Made by a program: the position numbers and the translations under genes. The notes beneath the pieces were generated by a model that was not told the DNA's origin, did not search any database, and saw nothing but the letters and a program-made list of their open reading frames with translations. A stretch of 64,000 nucleotides of DNA from the NCBI RefSeq assembly GCF_036971445.1, contig NC_091478.1:107074001-107138000 (forward strand), in the 5' to 3' direction. This document shows, piece by piece, positions 51,251 to 64,000 of the stretch. Source of the stretch: Narcine bancroftii (lineage: Eukaryota). Every line of letters starts with the position of its first letter. The first letter of the stretch is position 1.

Positions 51251-52899
51251 CGAACATTAGTTAGTCCAGCATAAATTAGACGTTCCCTCGAAAAACATTA
51301 TGAACTCTGCAACTAATTTATAGTTATTTCATTAGGTGCTTCTCGGTTAAAACAATGATATTTCTCCAAAAACTCCAAATTTTTTTCACTCTCTAATCTT
51401 CCAGAACTTTTGGTGAAAACCTTGACTACAAGTTCCTAAATGTATATTTTAGCTAACTATCCACAGTTCATTACATGTTATAAATTATTTCTTAATAGTC
51501 TCTCATTGGCAATTAATCAGTCACACATTGCCAAGCTGTCTACAAACCACATTAACTGTCTGACCCTTTGTAATATCAGCATAATTGTTTCTTTCACACC
51601 ATGTTCCAATCTTGGCCCCACAGCTACATCCAATCACTGTAAAATCCAGTTTAAATGACTGGAATTTAAATGGAACTAAATTAGATTTAAATGTGCAAAA
51701 ATGTAGATTGAGGAAATAATTAAGTTTTTTAAAGCTCTAATAATAGTGATGAATTATATGAGATTTGAGGATCTGAAATGTAACAGTGTTATTAGAATTG
51801 AAAAGTATCAAAGCAACTTGAAAGATTCCATTGTGGGACACTCAAGTGTCAAATAAACATTTGATAACTGGGCCTGTTAAATCAGATTGAAAGTTACAGT
51901 TCATTAAATATCATCAATTTAATTGACAATTAATAAAAATGTTTAAAATCTACAACAGAATAACGTTACAGAGTGTTCAGGGTTAATTTCCTCCCAAGGA
52001 CTATATGTAAGTGACTAGTGACTTTATTAAGGCAAATTTTGTGCCTGTGTCATCTCAAAGCTCAAAATGCAATTAAAATCCTTAAACCATAATCAGAAGA
52101 TTAATATTAAAAATGTTTAAACTCCTAATGACATGGACTGGGCATGAACGGCCAGATCAATTGAAGGAAGCCTTTCTCTGTATGTAGGATAGGAGGAGTG
52201 GAGGTTCACGTTGGGTCTCCTTGAAACTCATCTATTTCCAACAACCATCCCAAGAGGGTCTGAAATTAAATGTACAGCACAGTAACAAACTCTTCCAGCC
52301 CACAAATGCGTGCTGCCCAACTACACCAATCAACATACAACTCCTCTACATTTTTCCAAGGGTGGGAGGAAACCAGAGCAGCCAGAAATAACCCAAAAAG
52401 AACATACAAACTTCCTGCAGACAGAGCCAGATTCAAACCTGGGTCACTGGCACTGTAATAGCTTGGAGCTAACCACTATATTAGCCATGCTGCCCAAAAG
52501 GCAAATACACTCCAGCCAAAATATCCTTGATTCTGTTTCTTGGAATACTCTGACAGTCTTTGAAAGTTAATTGGTTACGAAAGGTTTTTTTAAAAAATAA
52601 TCGTAAATACTGCTTAAAGAAATTTAAAATCAATTTAAGTTTTTTTAAAATGCAAATAAAAGGTGCCTTAGAAAAAAGGAATTAAAGAACCTACCTTCCA
52701 CCCCCCCCCCCCAAGAGAAGAGGAGTCCTGTATTGATGGAAATGGGTAGATGTGGAGTCTTCAGTGCGTCACTGTCCCACCACTTGGCTCAATGAAGACT
52801 CACTATCTTTTAACATGTCTCTGGTTCCTGTAGGAAGATGAGAACAATGAACAAACATACTGAAGGAACTCAAAAGCACACATAGCATCTGTGTAAAGC

Positions 52900-53256
52900 A
52901 ATAGGCAGTTGAAACTTTGGGTTCAGCCCTTCATCAGGCAATTGAAACCCTTCAAAAGGCAGTTGAAACTTTGGGCTCAGCCCTTCATCAGGCAATTGAA
53001 ACCCTTCAATAGGCAGTTGAAACTTTGGGCTCAGCCCTTCATCAGGCAATTGAAACCCTTCAAAAGGCAGTTGAAACTTTGGGCTCAGCCCTTCATCAGG
53101 CAATTGAAACCCTTCAATAGGCAGTTGAAACTTTGGGCTCAGCCCTTCATCAGGCAACTGAAACCTTTCAAAAGGCAGTTGAAAGTTTGGGTTCAGCCCT
53201 TCATCAGGCAGTTGAAATCCTTCAATAGGCAGTTGAAATTTGGGCTCAGCCCTTCA
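52900..53256. repeat. 54-bp minisatellite (~6.5 copies; 33+21 bp subunits; alternating 108-bp super-period)
   Basis: Unit AATAGGCAGTTGAAACTTTGGGYTCAGCCCTTCATCAGGCAATTGAAACCCTTC; (RQLKLWAQPFIRQLKPFK/N)n in the ORF track. Confidence 0.9.
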
Positions 53257-53599
53257 CCAGCTTTCCTTTCTTTTGCTACACATTCGATTCCATTCATCAG
53301 GAGATTTTACAATGAAGACTTGATCACCTCAGTCCTGATTTGGAGATTTCTGAGAAATATCAGTTTTAACAGAGAAGCACCTCATGAAATAACTAGATAA
53401 AAGTTGCAGAGTTTACAATATTTTTGTGACACAGTGGCAACATCTAATTTCAGCTGCTCTAACTAATATGTGGTTGAAGAATACAAGTTGGTTGAAGACA
53501 GAACAATACAAATCTGGATCTGGGGCAAAAAGTACATTTCTCAAACAAATCAATGGGTTTAGCAATATCTGTGAAAGCAAAAGGATGGTCAACATTTCA

Positions 53600-54210
53600 G
53601 GTCAAAGTTCAGGTTTTTTGTCAGTGTCTGTACAGGACATCATGAACAACCCTGACTGAAATGCTTTTCCCTGCAGGCACGGCAGAATCACCACCAACTG
53701 GTCGTGCAAAAAACTATACTCAAGACAATACATACACATGTAAGCAAATAAAAAATGTAAACAAACTGATTGTGCAATACAGAGAGAAAAAAAATCAATA
53801 AAGTGTACAAGTAAGTGTCTTCGGCTGACTCTCTGATTGAGTTTGTCATTCAAGAGTCTGATGGAGGAGGGGGAGCAGCTGTTCCTGAACCTGGTGGTGT
53901 GAGTCTTGTGGCACCGATACCTCTTTCCTGATGGTAGCAGTGAGAACAGAGCATGTGCTGGGTGATGCGGATCCTTGATGATTGCTGCTGCCCTCCGACG
54001 GCAACGTTCCCTGTAGATTTTCTTGATGGTGGGGAGGGTTTTGCCTGTGATGTCCTGAACTGTGTCCACTACCTTTTGCAGGGATTTTTACTCAGGGATA
54101 TTGGTGTTCCCGGACCAGATTGTGATGCAGGCTGATCAACACACATTGTACCACACATCTTTAGAAATTTGTCAGGGTTTCTGGTGTCATATCAAACCTC
54201 CGCAAACTCT
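53600..54210 (-). mobile_element. Rex1/L2-type LINE 3' fragment
   Basis: 'IIKDPHHPAHALFSLLPSGKRYR...TTRFRNS'. Confidence 0.8.
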
Positions 54211-56629
54211 TGCTTCAGGACTCAGAGTTCAAGGGGAAGATAACCAGTATATTAGATGATGGAATGCTCTACCTAAAACAATCGGGAATGAAATGCCACC
54301 TTTTTCAGCTGTTGGGTTTATTCCTGATTCTGACCAAGAAAGCAGTGATTTTAATCTCTGTTATGCATGTAATTACATAACATATTCTCATAATTAAACC
54401 CCTAACAGAGGGAATGTTGTCTGGTTGGATGCATTCCTCGGAGTTAACAATCAATTCAGATGCTCCAAACCATCCAGGGCACAAGGTGGAGCGATGACGT
54501 TTCTTGATGTTTGGTTAATTTGATAAAAGTTCAACTGGTATCTCTCTCCATGACTACTACTTGACGTGCTGCAAAATTCCAGCATTTTTGGTTTTCAGTT
54601 TATTTGTCCAGTATTGTATTCGCAGTTGCTTTTGCTTTTTAAATAACTTCAGTTTGTTTTTCAGTTATTTGTGAAATGCTTTAAGCACAAAATGGTGGTC
54701 ATGTTCATCCACGTGGGCTGAAATTCACTCTCAATCCTTTGGCTGAAAGAAATTTGGGGCATCCTGAAATGCAAAACAGGCAAGTTCTCTCTTACAACAC
54801 TGATACATCATCAAAAGATATTTTCTGTCCCACATCCTCAGTGAATGCCTCTATGTCCTTCTCATAGTGAGAGAAAAATAGCAAACAAAATTCACCAGAG
54901 GGGAGTTTTGAATGAGCAAGGAATTATCAACATTGCAGCCTATGAAAGCGATTTTAGACGAATCAGTAACATAGAAAAGAAACAAACACTTACCATGATC
55001 AGCAGGATCCAGAACATCGACTGAACCATTCACGTTCTTTAAAGCACGACATGTTGCCGGAAACTTCATTCTCCTGTATAGGTTTTTTCTGATTTTATGA
55101 CAAAAAAATTTCAGCTACAGGATCTTTCAGAAGGTGGATAATAAAAGCAGCAAACATAAACATGGAGAACAGAGAAAGTGAGGATGAGGTATTTTTAGGG
55201 AAGAGATTATCTAAATCTCATGGGCTGAAGAACTCCATCCTTTTTTAACTACGCAGTTAAAATAATACATACCGGTATTTTTTTCCCACGTATTTGGCCC
55301 AGATTAATGTTAACTTTAAATTCAAGATTCAATCCTAATCGGAAATATTCCATATCCCATTATATTCCCTTTTATTGATTGACTATCAACCACCTGCTAA
55401 AAGTGCCCAGCGACTCTATCTCAGTCATTAAGTCTGTTAAAGTAACTTCATATTCTACATAAGGAAAGTTGATCTCACTTTCTGTCATTGGTCTCTATCT
55501 ACAATGGATTTCTCTTGGCCATTAAAGCATTGGGGGGAACAAAGTCAAAATTCAGATTTATTGTCAGAGAACATATACAATCCTGAGATTCTTTTTCCTG
55601 CAAGACAGGCAGTATACACACAAGGCTATTTAACAAGACAAGAGCACCTGGTATAACAGGAAACATGCAAGTGTGGCCAAGCACTAGTTGTTTGGTAGGA
55701 AGCAGAGAGTCAGACTATAGGGATCATATTCTGGTTGGCTGCCAGTTGCTAGTGGTTTTCCACAGGGGTCAGTGATGGGGCCTCTTCTTTTTATGTTGCG
55801 TGGGCCAGATGGTGTGTCTGTGATTGAACGGTGGAACCACACTGATGCTCCTATAAATAAAATAAATACTGAAACACAGACATTACGTTATTTAAGTTTA
55901 CGATTGTCTCTACTCAAAGCTCGTAATGTACAATGTATAGACATAACTGATGATAATTTATCAAAGAAACAATCCACAGATAAAGTTCAAGCAACAAGAT
56001 CAACCGTATGAATTAATAAAAACAGAAAAGTCAAAAAGGAGAAAAATTAGTCACAAAACAGACAAAAGCTCAAAATCAGTGGGAACCTTGATTTTGTTTG
56101 TTGTTTGAAAATGTTTCGATATTGGGTGATGGAGTTGTTGATTAAACCAACAGCAAGACCTCATCTCAAGGAGTTGTGCTGACATTCTTCCCACTGGTAG
56201 AACCAAGACCTTAGCAGGAGTGAGAAAAACAACCCTTGCTGGATATAAATATTTCAAACGTGTGTGTGGAGAGCTGCCAACTGCCATTTAAACTTGGTTC
56301 CTCTTAAATAATTCTTCAAATAGTTCAGGAGTTTTAAAAATAATCAGTAACAATTATTTTTGTTGCCAAACTACAGACATAAATAAATTTGTCAAATGCA
56401 GCATCTTGAATCTATCTCAGCAGAAGCTGTTGTGAATTCCTCTCAACTTCTGCCTTTGATCCAGATCTCCCGCTTTGATTTAATTTCTCTGCCCTCCAAG
56501 GAGTGTTTTGAACTACGAGGATGTGAGGAAAATCCCATTTCCAAGTGAACAAGATTTGATTTGTGCTGAATGAATTTTGCTGCAGCCGAAGTCGGGTGAA
56601 GGAGCATCTGGCCTTGAGCCTTTTTGAAT

Positions 56630-56880
56630 GGTTCGGGGGAGACGGGGAGGTGGGAGCAGGGAGAAGGGGGGTGGGTGGGGTGGAGGGGAGCAGGGAGAAG
56701 GGGGTGGGTGGGGTGGAGTGGAACGGGTAGAAGGGGGGATGAGGAGGGGGGATCAGGGAGAAGGGGGGGAATGGGGAGAGGGAGGGGGAGTGGGGAGGTG
56801 GGGAAGCAGGGAAAGGGGTTGCTTAGGGAAGCAGGAAAGGGGGGGCAGTTGGCAGCAGCTCAGGAGAGGGGAGGGGGCAC
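56630..56880. repeat. G-rich low-complexity tract
   Basis: Dense G runs on the + strand. Confidence 0.6.
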
Positions 56881-56999
56881 CTTGGCCTGTTGGTTGCCTG
56901 GCTCCATATTCACCAGTGGGTGAGTAGCCTGGGACCAAGAGTGAGACAGCTCGCCATTGACACACAGCTTGTCTTAGGGCCATCTCGAGGGTAAAGCAT

Positions 57000-59050
57000 G
57001 TTCTCGGGAGCGCCTTGGTCAGTTATTTTTTCCAGGGGAAGAAAGTGATGTGATTAATGATCGGTTCATGGTTGTAACGACGTGGAGAGACTTCAGTGAA
57101 CATTCCACGTAAAGGGAGTCATTTCACTGCCAAGTTCATGATCCCGAAAGAATGGGCAGCATTACAACTTAATACCCATGACTCTGGACAATAAGATCCT
57201 GGACACCTGGTGCCACAGGGGATCAGATGTATCAAGGATTGTTACAACTGAGGGCAGCTCATATCATTCAAGGAGTTGAGGAACAAATATGATTTGTCTA
57301 ATAAAACATTCTTCTGTCTTCTCCAACTAAGATCCTTTTTGAGGGACAAATTGGGACCATCTATGACCCTGGCAGGGTGTAGTTACATGGAGACTCTATT
57401 TCGAAGGGGGATTGTGCTTAAGTTTATCTCTATAATCTATTCCATATTCCAAAGTGAGGGCTCAAAGCCAGGGTTACACAAATCAAGGGAAAGGTGGGTG
57501 ACTGACTTGGGCACGGTTATCCATGAGCAGTTATTAATGTCAGATACAGGTTGGTGCATTACAATTTCCTGCATCAACTGTACCTCACACCACAAAAATT
57601 GCACGAATCTGAACCAGAAATTTCAGAAATATGCTTGAGGTGGGGTGTGGAGATTGGAACCTTTATCCACACAACCTGGCTGTGTACAAAGGTGAGTTCC
57701 TTCTGGGAGGTCCTGGTGAACATTCTGAAAATAAGATTACAAAGGTGGATTTTCCACAGGATCCGGATTGTACCTTTTGGGCAACATTATGGGTTTGTGT
57801 TTTAAACTGTCCAAGTACCAAATTCAGTTTGTGAAGGGCGCCTTGTTTTGTGGGTGTGAGGCCACTACAAGCAAAAGAAATGGAATTTCGGTTCAGCTGA
57901 TATACTAATTCAAAATTGTGCGCTTAAGAGGCCTGCGCTTGAGGGGATGTCATGTGATGATGTGGGGTTAGGACGTTGAATCCTCACCCTCCTGAAAATC
58001 TGTTGAAAAAATACTTTAAAATTAATGCATGAAAACTCCTTTAAACTAACTTTGAATATATCCACTTAGTTACAAATATGGGGAAAAAGAACGAATAATT
58101 TAAAAATAAAAAATTAAAAATTTTTAAAAAATCGCTGTTGACTTACCCGTGCAACGCAAAGACGACAAGAAGGGAAGGATGACGAGGCCTGAACTGACTC
58201 CAGAGCCATGGGCCAGCGTTTCAGCTGTCTCCGCTGCCACGATGAAGTGTTCCGCATCCGGTGGAACGAGATGATGGCGCCAAAGAGGAAGAGGAAGAAA
58301 CCAGAAGTCAGTCAGGTCCATCCAAATCAGCGTCGGAGTTGGAAAGTTCACCTGACAGTGACCAGGGAGAAGGTGCATATACAGAACCCAGGGAAGTGAG
58401 TAATGTGGTTTAAGGAGATTAGAAGTTTGAAAGTAGGTGCAAAAGCTGGAATAAGTAAAATAACTGAACACTATGAAACAACATATTGACAAAATAAACA
58501 TGAAGTGAATCAATTGAAAGAAGATATGGAGAAGTTAAAGACAGAATGTCACGTGTGGAGAATAATGAGGCTACTTTGGTTGTTTTAAATCAAAAGCTCT
58601 GCCAAAAAATTGATGTTTTACAAAATTACAGCAGAAGGAAATAATATCATGGGTTTAAAGAAGGGGTGGAAGAAGATAGGGCACAATTCTTTTTCAAAAA
58701 TGGATACCAGAAGTACTGGGTCGAGAATTTTGTGGGAGAAATTGAAAGAGCAGACATAAACCCCCAGCCCCTCCACCACCAATCAAAACCCATGTTCAGT
58801 ACTGGTGAAATTTCTGCATTGTCAGAATAAAGAAAAAGTATTGAGAATAGCTGCACAGCAAACTCGTCAAAGACCAGGGCCACTCAAGGGGAGTAAAATT
58901 TTATTTTATCTGGACACCAGTGAAGATCTTTTAACCATGTGTAAAAGGCCCTGTGGGAGGAAGGAGACCATTCTTTTCTATGACAAGCAGCGACCTTGAA
59001 GATTTTTCTCCAATCACCATGAGACAGAAGAATTTGTTGAAACCTTCCCA
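57000..59050 (+). mobile_element. Decayed L1/Tx1-type LINE pieces (ORF2 3' part ~57000-57845; 5' end/ORF1 ~57950-59050)
   Basis: 'FFCLLQLRSFL', 'VHYNFLHQLYLTPQKL', 'GTFIHTTWLCTKV'; ORF1-like 'NYSRR...GFKEGVE' and 'VKFLHCQNKEKVLRIA'. Confidence 0.7.
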
Positions 59051-59547
59051 AATCAACAAACAGGTTGAAGACCTTGAAGATGAAATAGGTTGAAGACCTT
59101 GAAGATGAAAAGCAACATTTTTTTGTGTTGTTGACTTATCTATTTGAGATGGAGTTTATTTTTCATACATAAGATAAAAGAAACGCATTAAGTTTTTTCG
59201 GGGGAGTGGGGAGGTGAAGGAGGGTGCTGACCTGCTGCCAATTCATGTGTGTACCCATGACCTCGGTCATGGCCCGCACAAGGGAGGGTGTTAGTTTTGC
59301 TTATGTTAACCACGCAATGTGTTTGTATATTCTGATTAATGGTAACATATTTAGCATCGTATTTGATTTTACTTCTTATTCATATTCTTCCTTTTTACGT
59401 TTGGATTGTCAGGTGGACAGGGACCAAGCGCGAAAGATGCAGGGATAGTTGATTGTTTGGTGAAGGTTCATGGGACAGGGTGATAGAACTAGAGATTAAC
59501 TAAACAGCAATAAGTAAATCAATAAAATTTAAATTTTAATATAAATA

Positions 59548-60060
59548 GGCCCATGTGCCAGCACGTCACTCACCAGGGCTGATGGCATGCGGTCACCCAA
59601 GCTGTTCAAATGTAGCAGTCACATGGCCCATTCGCGGTGTGAGAGGCCAAATATGCCAACAAACAGGGCCTGGAGTGCTTCATACCTGCCAGCCTCTGGG
59701 GGCTGTTGCAGAAAGTTGACTACTCAGCCCACTGTTTCCTGGTCGAGAGCAGCCGCCACGAGGTAGTATCTGGTCTCATCAGAGATAATGTTCCTGACCC
59801 GGGCCTCTGCTTGTTGAAGCCAGATGAAGGGCTGAGTGCTCCAGAAAGCTGGGAGTTTATATAAAACGGCATTCTGAAGAGTCGAGTCCTTCACATTGTC
59901 CATGTCAATTGTGTCTGGTCCAAATGTTGTTGGATCTTCAAGGTCACCAATGTGGCTGTCATGTGACTACAAGCAAAAGAAATGCCCTGACTTGAGTGGT
60001 GTTTTGGTTCAACTGATTGACTAACTCAAAATTGTGCGCCTAAGAGGCCTGTGCTTGCTC
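59548..60060 (-). mobile_element. Gypsy LTR retrotransposon 5' remnant (LTR end, PBS, gag N-terminus with stops)
   Basis: - strand ...CA-TTGGTGACC (PBS) at ~59951-59942. ATG at 59903 gives MDNVKDSTLQNAVLYKLPAFWSTQPFIWLQQAEA...DETRYYLVAAALDQETV, a typical Gypsy gag start. A related LTR piece lies at ~57850-57940. Confidence 0.75.
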
Positions 60061-60699
60061 CAACGACCCTTGCATTCTGCAGGGAGGGAAGTGAAGTAGG
60101 CTTCCAGGCCGAGGTTTTGCCCCACACAGAGTCCCTGTGAATGCCACCGGCTGCAAATTCACCTGCTGGAGCCAGATCGCCTGCTGCGAGGATGAACAGC
60201 CAGAATTTTTTTTATTTCTTACCTTTTGTTATTTAGTCTCCTTGGTTGTTTTTCCTAGGTTTTTGTTGGGGTCGTTGACCCCACCAGTATTTGTGTATTT
60301 TGTATCTGTAATAGTTATATGACTTTATTCTCAGTTGTAACGGGGCAAGGGGGTGGAGGTGGGGTTAAAAATGGATTCTGTATTTCATATTGTATTGTTC
60401 ATTTGAATTTAACGATTCTTTAAAAATCAAAAATAAAATATTCAAAAAAAAGAACGGGCAGTATTTATATAGACACAAAGTATTTCCTTCGTCGAGGAAT
60501 GTTTAATCCAAACGCAGTCCCCGGGGTCACTGACGACAGAAGCTGACAGTTTAGTGTGGCGAAAAGTGTACGTTGGAGTGGCTGAGGGTGATCGGGTGAA
60601 CGCATTGGGTTGCATGCCAGATAAATTTGAATTTCAGACCAGATCCAGCTCGCGGGACATAGGTTACCCACCCTGACTTAGTTATGGAACGAATAGGTT

Positions 60700-61255
60700 T
60701 GTAGCCAAGCTGTAAATGATATGAAGGTAGGTGGAGGAGCAGGTAGTTTTGAGGAAATAGGGAGACTGCAGAATGGTTAGGAGAATGGTCAACGAAGTGG
60801 CAAATGAAATATAGTGTTGGAAAGTGTACAGTCATGCACTTTGGTAAAAGAAATAAATGACAGATTATTTTCTAAATGCGGAGAAAATGGAAAATTCCCA
60901 GATGCAATGGGTCATTTCGATTGTTGAAAGTAGATTGTCAGAGTAGATGTAGAAAGGTTGTTTCCCATGGTGGGAGAGTCTGAGACAAGAGGGCACCACA
61001 TCTGGATTGAAGGGTGTCTGCTTAGCCAGCAGGTGGTGAATCTGTGGAATTTATAGCACAGGCTGTTATAGAGGCCAAATCATTAGTATTTTTAAAGCAG
61101 AGATTGAAAGGCTCTTGATTATCCAGGGCATCAAAGGGTATGGGAAGAAAGCCCAAAGTGGGACTGAGTGAGAAAATGGATCAGCTGTTGATTAAATGGC
61201 AGGGCAGACTCAATGGACTGAATGGTCTATTTCAGCTCCTATGTCTTATGTTCTT
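60700..61255 (+). mobile_element. Decayed CR1 3' fragment
   Basis: tggcaaatgaaatatagtgttggaaagtgtacagtcatgcactttgg and the CR1-type tail ctcctatgtcttatgttctta. Confidence 0.7.
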
Positions 61256-62279
61256 AAGATCCAAATACAAGGGAACAATGGCAAAACATCAATTCTGGAT
61301 CAAAGAAAATAAAAAAAAATGCAGGTGGGCAATATCTGAGAAGAGAGAAAATTGGCATTTGCAAACAATGCCTTTAATTAGAAATTCAGAGATTACTTTG
61401 ATATTTGGACTTGACTCCAACTTGAGTAGAAAATTTATAACAAAAATGTCCTTGATGATAAATTCACATCTTGGCCAAGTTTCCGATATAAAATTCTGTC
61501 TGAACAGCCACAAAGGACATGGAATAGGTTAAAGAGATTGATAAAAATGTTATACTCATTAATTTGCATTAATCTCATTCACCCTTTGTGATGTTCCTTA
61601 GAAAGTTCTTGGAAGCCTTTCAGCGGTCCAACTGTTCATTCACATCATTATAAAGTCTCCTTCATGCAGGGAAATTCTTTCAATGGCAAAAAGTCATTTC
61701 TAAGGAAACAAATATTTGAAAAGAAGTGTGAGTAAAAATGAATGACTGCATTATAACAGAAGCCAACCATGCACATTTGATTTTACTCAGAACACCCAGA
61801 CAGTTTGGAAGAATAGTCTGTCCATATTAATGATAATTTAGTTCAGGCAACTCGAAAAGGAATTTAGAAAAAAAAATAATTAAACAGAAACAGACCATGT
61901 AAGAAGCAAAATGGCTAAACACACAACTCTCCCTCTTGATTGCAGGGTTCGAAGGAATTGTTTTACTTCCCAATGCAAGTACAAAGCATTAGTTACTTGA
62001 TTTTAAAGGAGACCTGATGAAGTATATGGAATGTTTTACTTTCTAATCTGCCAAATTTAGAAAGTATTGCTAAAACTAGTCCTATCTTGTTGTACTTAAG
62101 TTTAACTTGATAGTGCTCATTCGAACTAAGTTAACAGAGGTATCACCACCAGCAGGACCACTTGTTATAACGGCCAGGTAGAGAGGGAGAATGCCACCAT
62201 GTGGAAGGCCATCCTCTTTGCCCTTAAGTCCAGGGGCTGCCTGTCTCTCACAGGCATGAGGTGCTTCCTGAGGCATTCC

Positions 62280-63025
62280 ACGTAATCAGGTCACTGCCAC
62301 CAATGCTACCCCTCACAAACAAATTTTCTCCTTCCCCAGGAAGTCCACATCAGGACCACCCTTCCATCCTGGTTAATGTCCCCAGAGCCAGTCTTGCTAT
62401 GGAAGCACATGAGGGACTATAAAACTGACCACTGGTCGAAAGGGTCCAACTCCTCCATGCGAACCCCCAATCCACGTATGTGGCCTACCCGGATGGTCAC
62501 AAGGAAACTGTCTCTATCTGGGACCTCGCACGTGCGGGGGCACCCGAGGAGCATGCCCACCAAACTGCATCCTCCCCTCCCATTGTCACACACTACATAC
62601 CATGGCACCATACCCCTGCCCCCACCCCAGTCACTCCGGTCGAATCGCCCAGCAGGTCAACACAGAGCTGGAGGGCCAGGATGAAACAACGGCCCCAACT
62701 TCAGTAGAACAATCGACTCTGCCGGTCACAACGGACGACCAAGCCACCGAACAGATTTAACCTCAAAGACTTCTGTAAGACTTTGTGCCCATGTCATCCC
62801 ACTGGACAAAATAAAAAAAAACAAGGGGTGAATGTGGCGAATTGCTGTACCCTCACTAATCTGGTTCTGCCCCATTCTATGACTGTACCCAAGGCTCCTC
62901 CCCCTTGTCCCTTTATAAAGGCTCCAGTGTCATAATCCCTCCCCAGAAAGGTTGGATCACAGCATAGGATGACCTTCACATTTATTGTAAATAAAAGCCT
63001 ATGGTCTTTTGAGTGCATCAGGTGC
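62280..63025 (+). mobile_element. Gypsy integrase C-terminal remnant, PPT and 3' LTR
   Basis: Frameshifted 'LVERVQLLHANP...VAYPDGHKETVSIWDLA', purine tract aaaaaaaacaagggg, then an LTR from TG at 62833 containing TATAAA and AATAAA and ending ...CA at ~63020-63028. Confidence 0.7.
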
Positions 63026-64000
63026 ACAGACCTGAAGTCATGGGATCAAATTCAGACTTGAGAAAGGGAGAAATAAAAGCAGGTGCTGAACATTGAGCTG
63101 CCCTGTTAGAGCATTAACAGTACAAGATAAACACTCACATCCAATTTGCCTGCCAGTTGCTGAACTTCAATTCTATTAGAATAAAATACATCTTGTCCAG
63201 AAAGAATGGCAACCTTCTGCAGAGCAAGTAACAGTGTTGAAATTAAGGGGGAGCGAGTGAGGGCTTCTGTTCAAAAGCATTACAAGTAATCTTATTAATG
63301 GTCATAGTCTGTTAAGCATGCCATTTACACATGTCCTGGTGCCTTAATGAGTAAAAAAAACCTTTCGTCTGATGAATTGATAGAATAAAGGATCGCTTTA
63401 ATCCAGCCCCTTGGAAGAAAATTAATATCGCAGGACATGAAGGAGCAGAAATCACACATATTCATTGAATAGAACACCATGCAATGTACCAAAGCCCAGA
63501 CTGGTAGCTTACCTGCAGAAGGCTTATATAGGAGAGGAAAGCAAGACTGAAGAAAGACAAGTGAGTCCAGAGATGCACACTACATCAGCAACACACTTAA
63601 TTCTCCAGGAACAGCTCGAGCAACACCAGTTACAAAGATGAAAGAGAATTCATTAAATTTGTTCTCTTCAAGATCTAGTTCCAGATCGAAGGAAGGCCAG
63701 GATTTATTGTCCATCTGTAATTGCCCTTGAGAAGCTGATAAGCTGTCTTCTTTAATAGGTGCTGTCCATCTGATGAAGGTACTCCCACACCAGGGAATTG
63801 AGTATTTAGACTGAAGCTAAGTATTTATTTTACAAAATCAGGAATGTTCTGTGGTTTTCAGGGGATCCTGCAGTTTGTGTTCCCATACCATTATCCTTTT
63901 TGAGTACAGTCGTGGGTTAGAGTAGTTCACGTGAGCAATTTTAGTGTGCTTAATAAGTAGAAAAAATACCTGCTGAGAGTAATCGATGGGGTGATCGCCA

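Noticed and set aside
52870-53400. Repetitive 163-aa and 95-aa ORFs
   Set aside because: They are a by-product of the 54-bp (multiple of 3) minisatellite.
59062-59110. Short direct duplication AGGTTGAAGACCTTGAAGATGAAA x2
   Set aside because: A trivial two-copy slippage within decayed L1 sequence.

Overview
Eukaryotic (vertebrate) genomic DNA; the repeat complement (HE1/V-SINE-like SINEs, CR1, Rex/L2, L1/Tx1, RTE, Penelope-like) suggests a cartilaginous fish (inference). The only recognisable host gene is a complete 5-exon MLYCD (malonyl-CoA decarboxylase) on the + strand: CDS 6317-6811, 20801-20913, 24651-24807, 30912-31064, 34296-34829 (1452 nt, 483 aa), all GT-AG and in phase. Immediately upstream of its ATG lies a ~5.7 kb G-rich tandem array built almost entirely of Sp1/KLF GC boxes (GGGGCGGAGT/GGGGCGGGGC), with higher-order duplications and a perfect 24x18-bp terminal block. 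Other oddities: the protein ends in -SDL instead of the peroxisomal -SKL, several intronic minisatellites carry multimerised transcription-factor-like motifs, there are two local inverted duplications, a solo LTR sits 25 nt from the exon 4 acceptor, and a young RTE LINE has an intact ORF. The remainder is decayed transposon sequence. The very long GC-rich ORFs in 191-7273 are repeat artefacts. Boundaries of decayed repeats are approximate, and no database searches were run.
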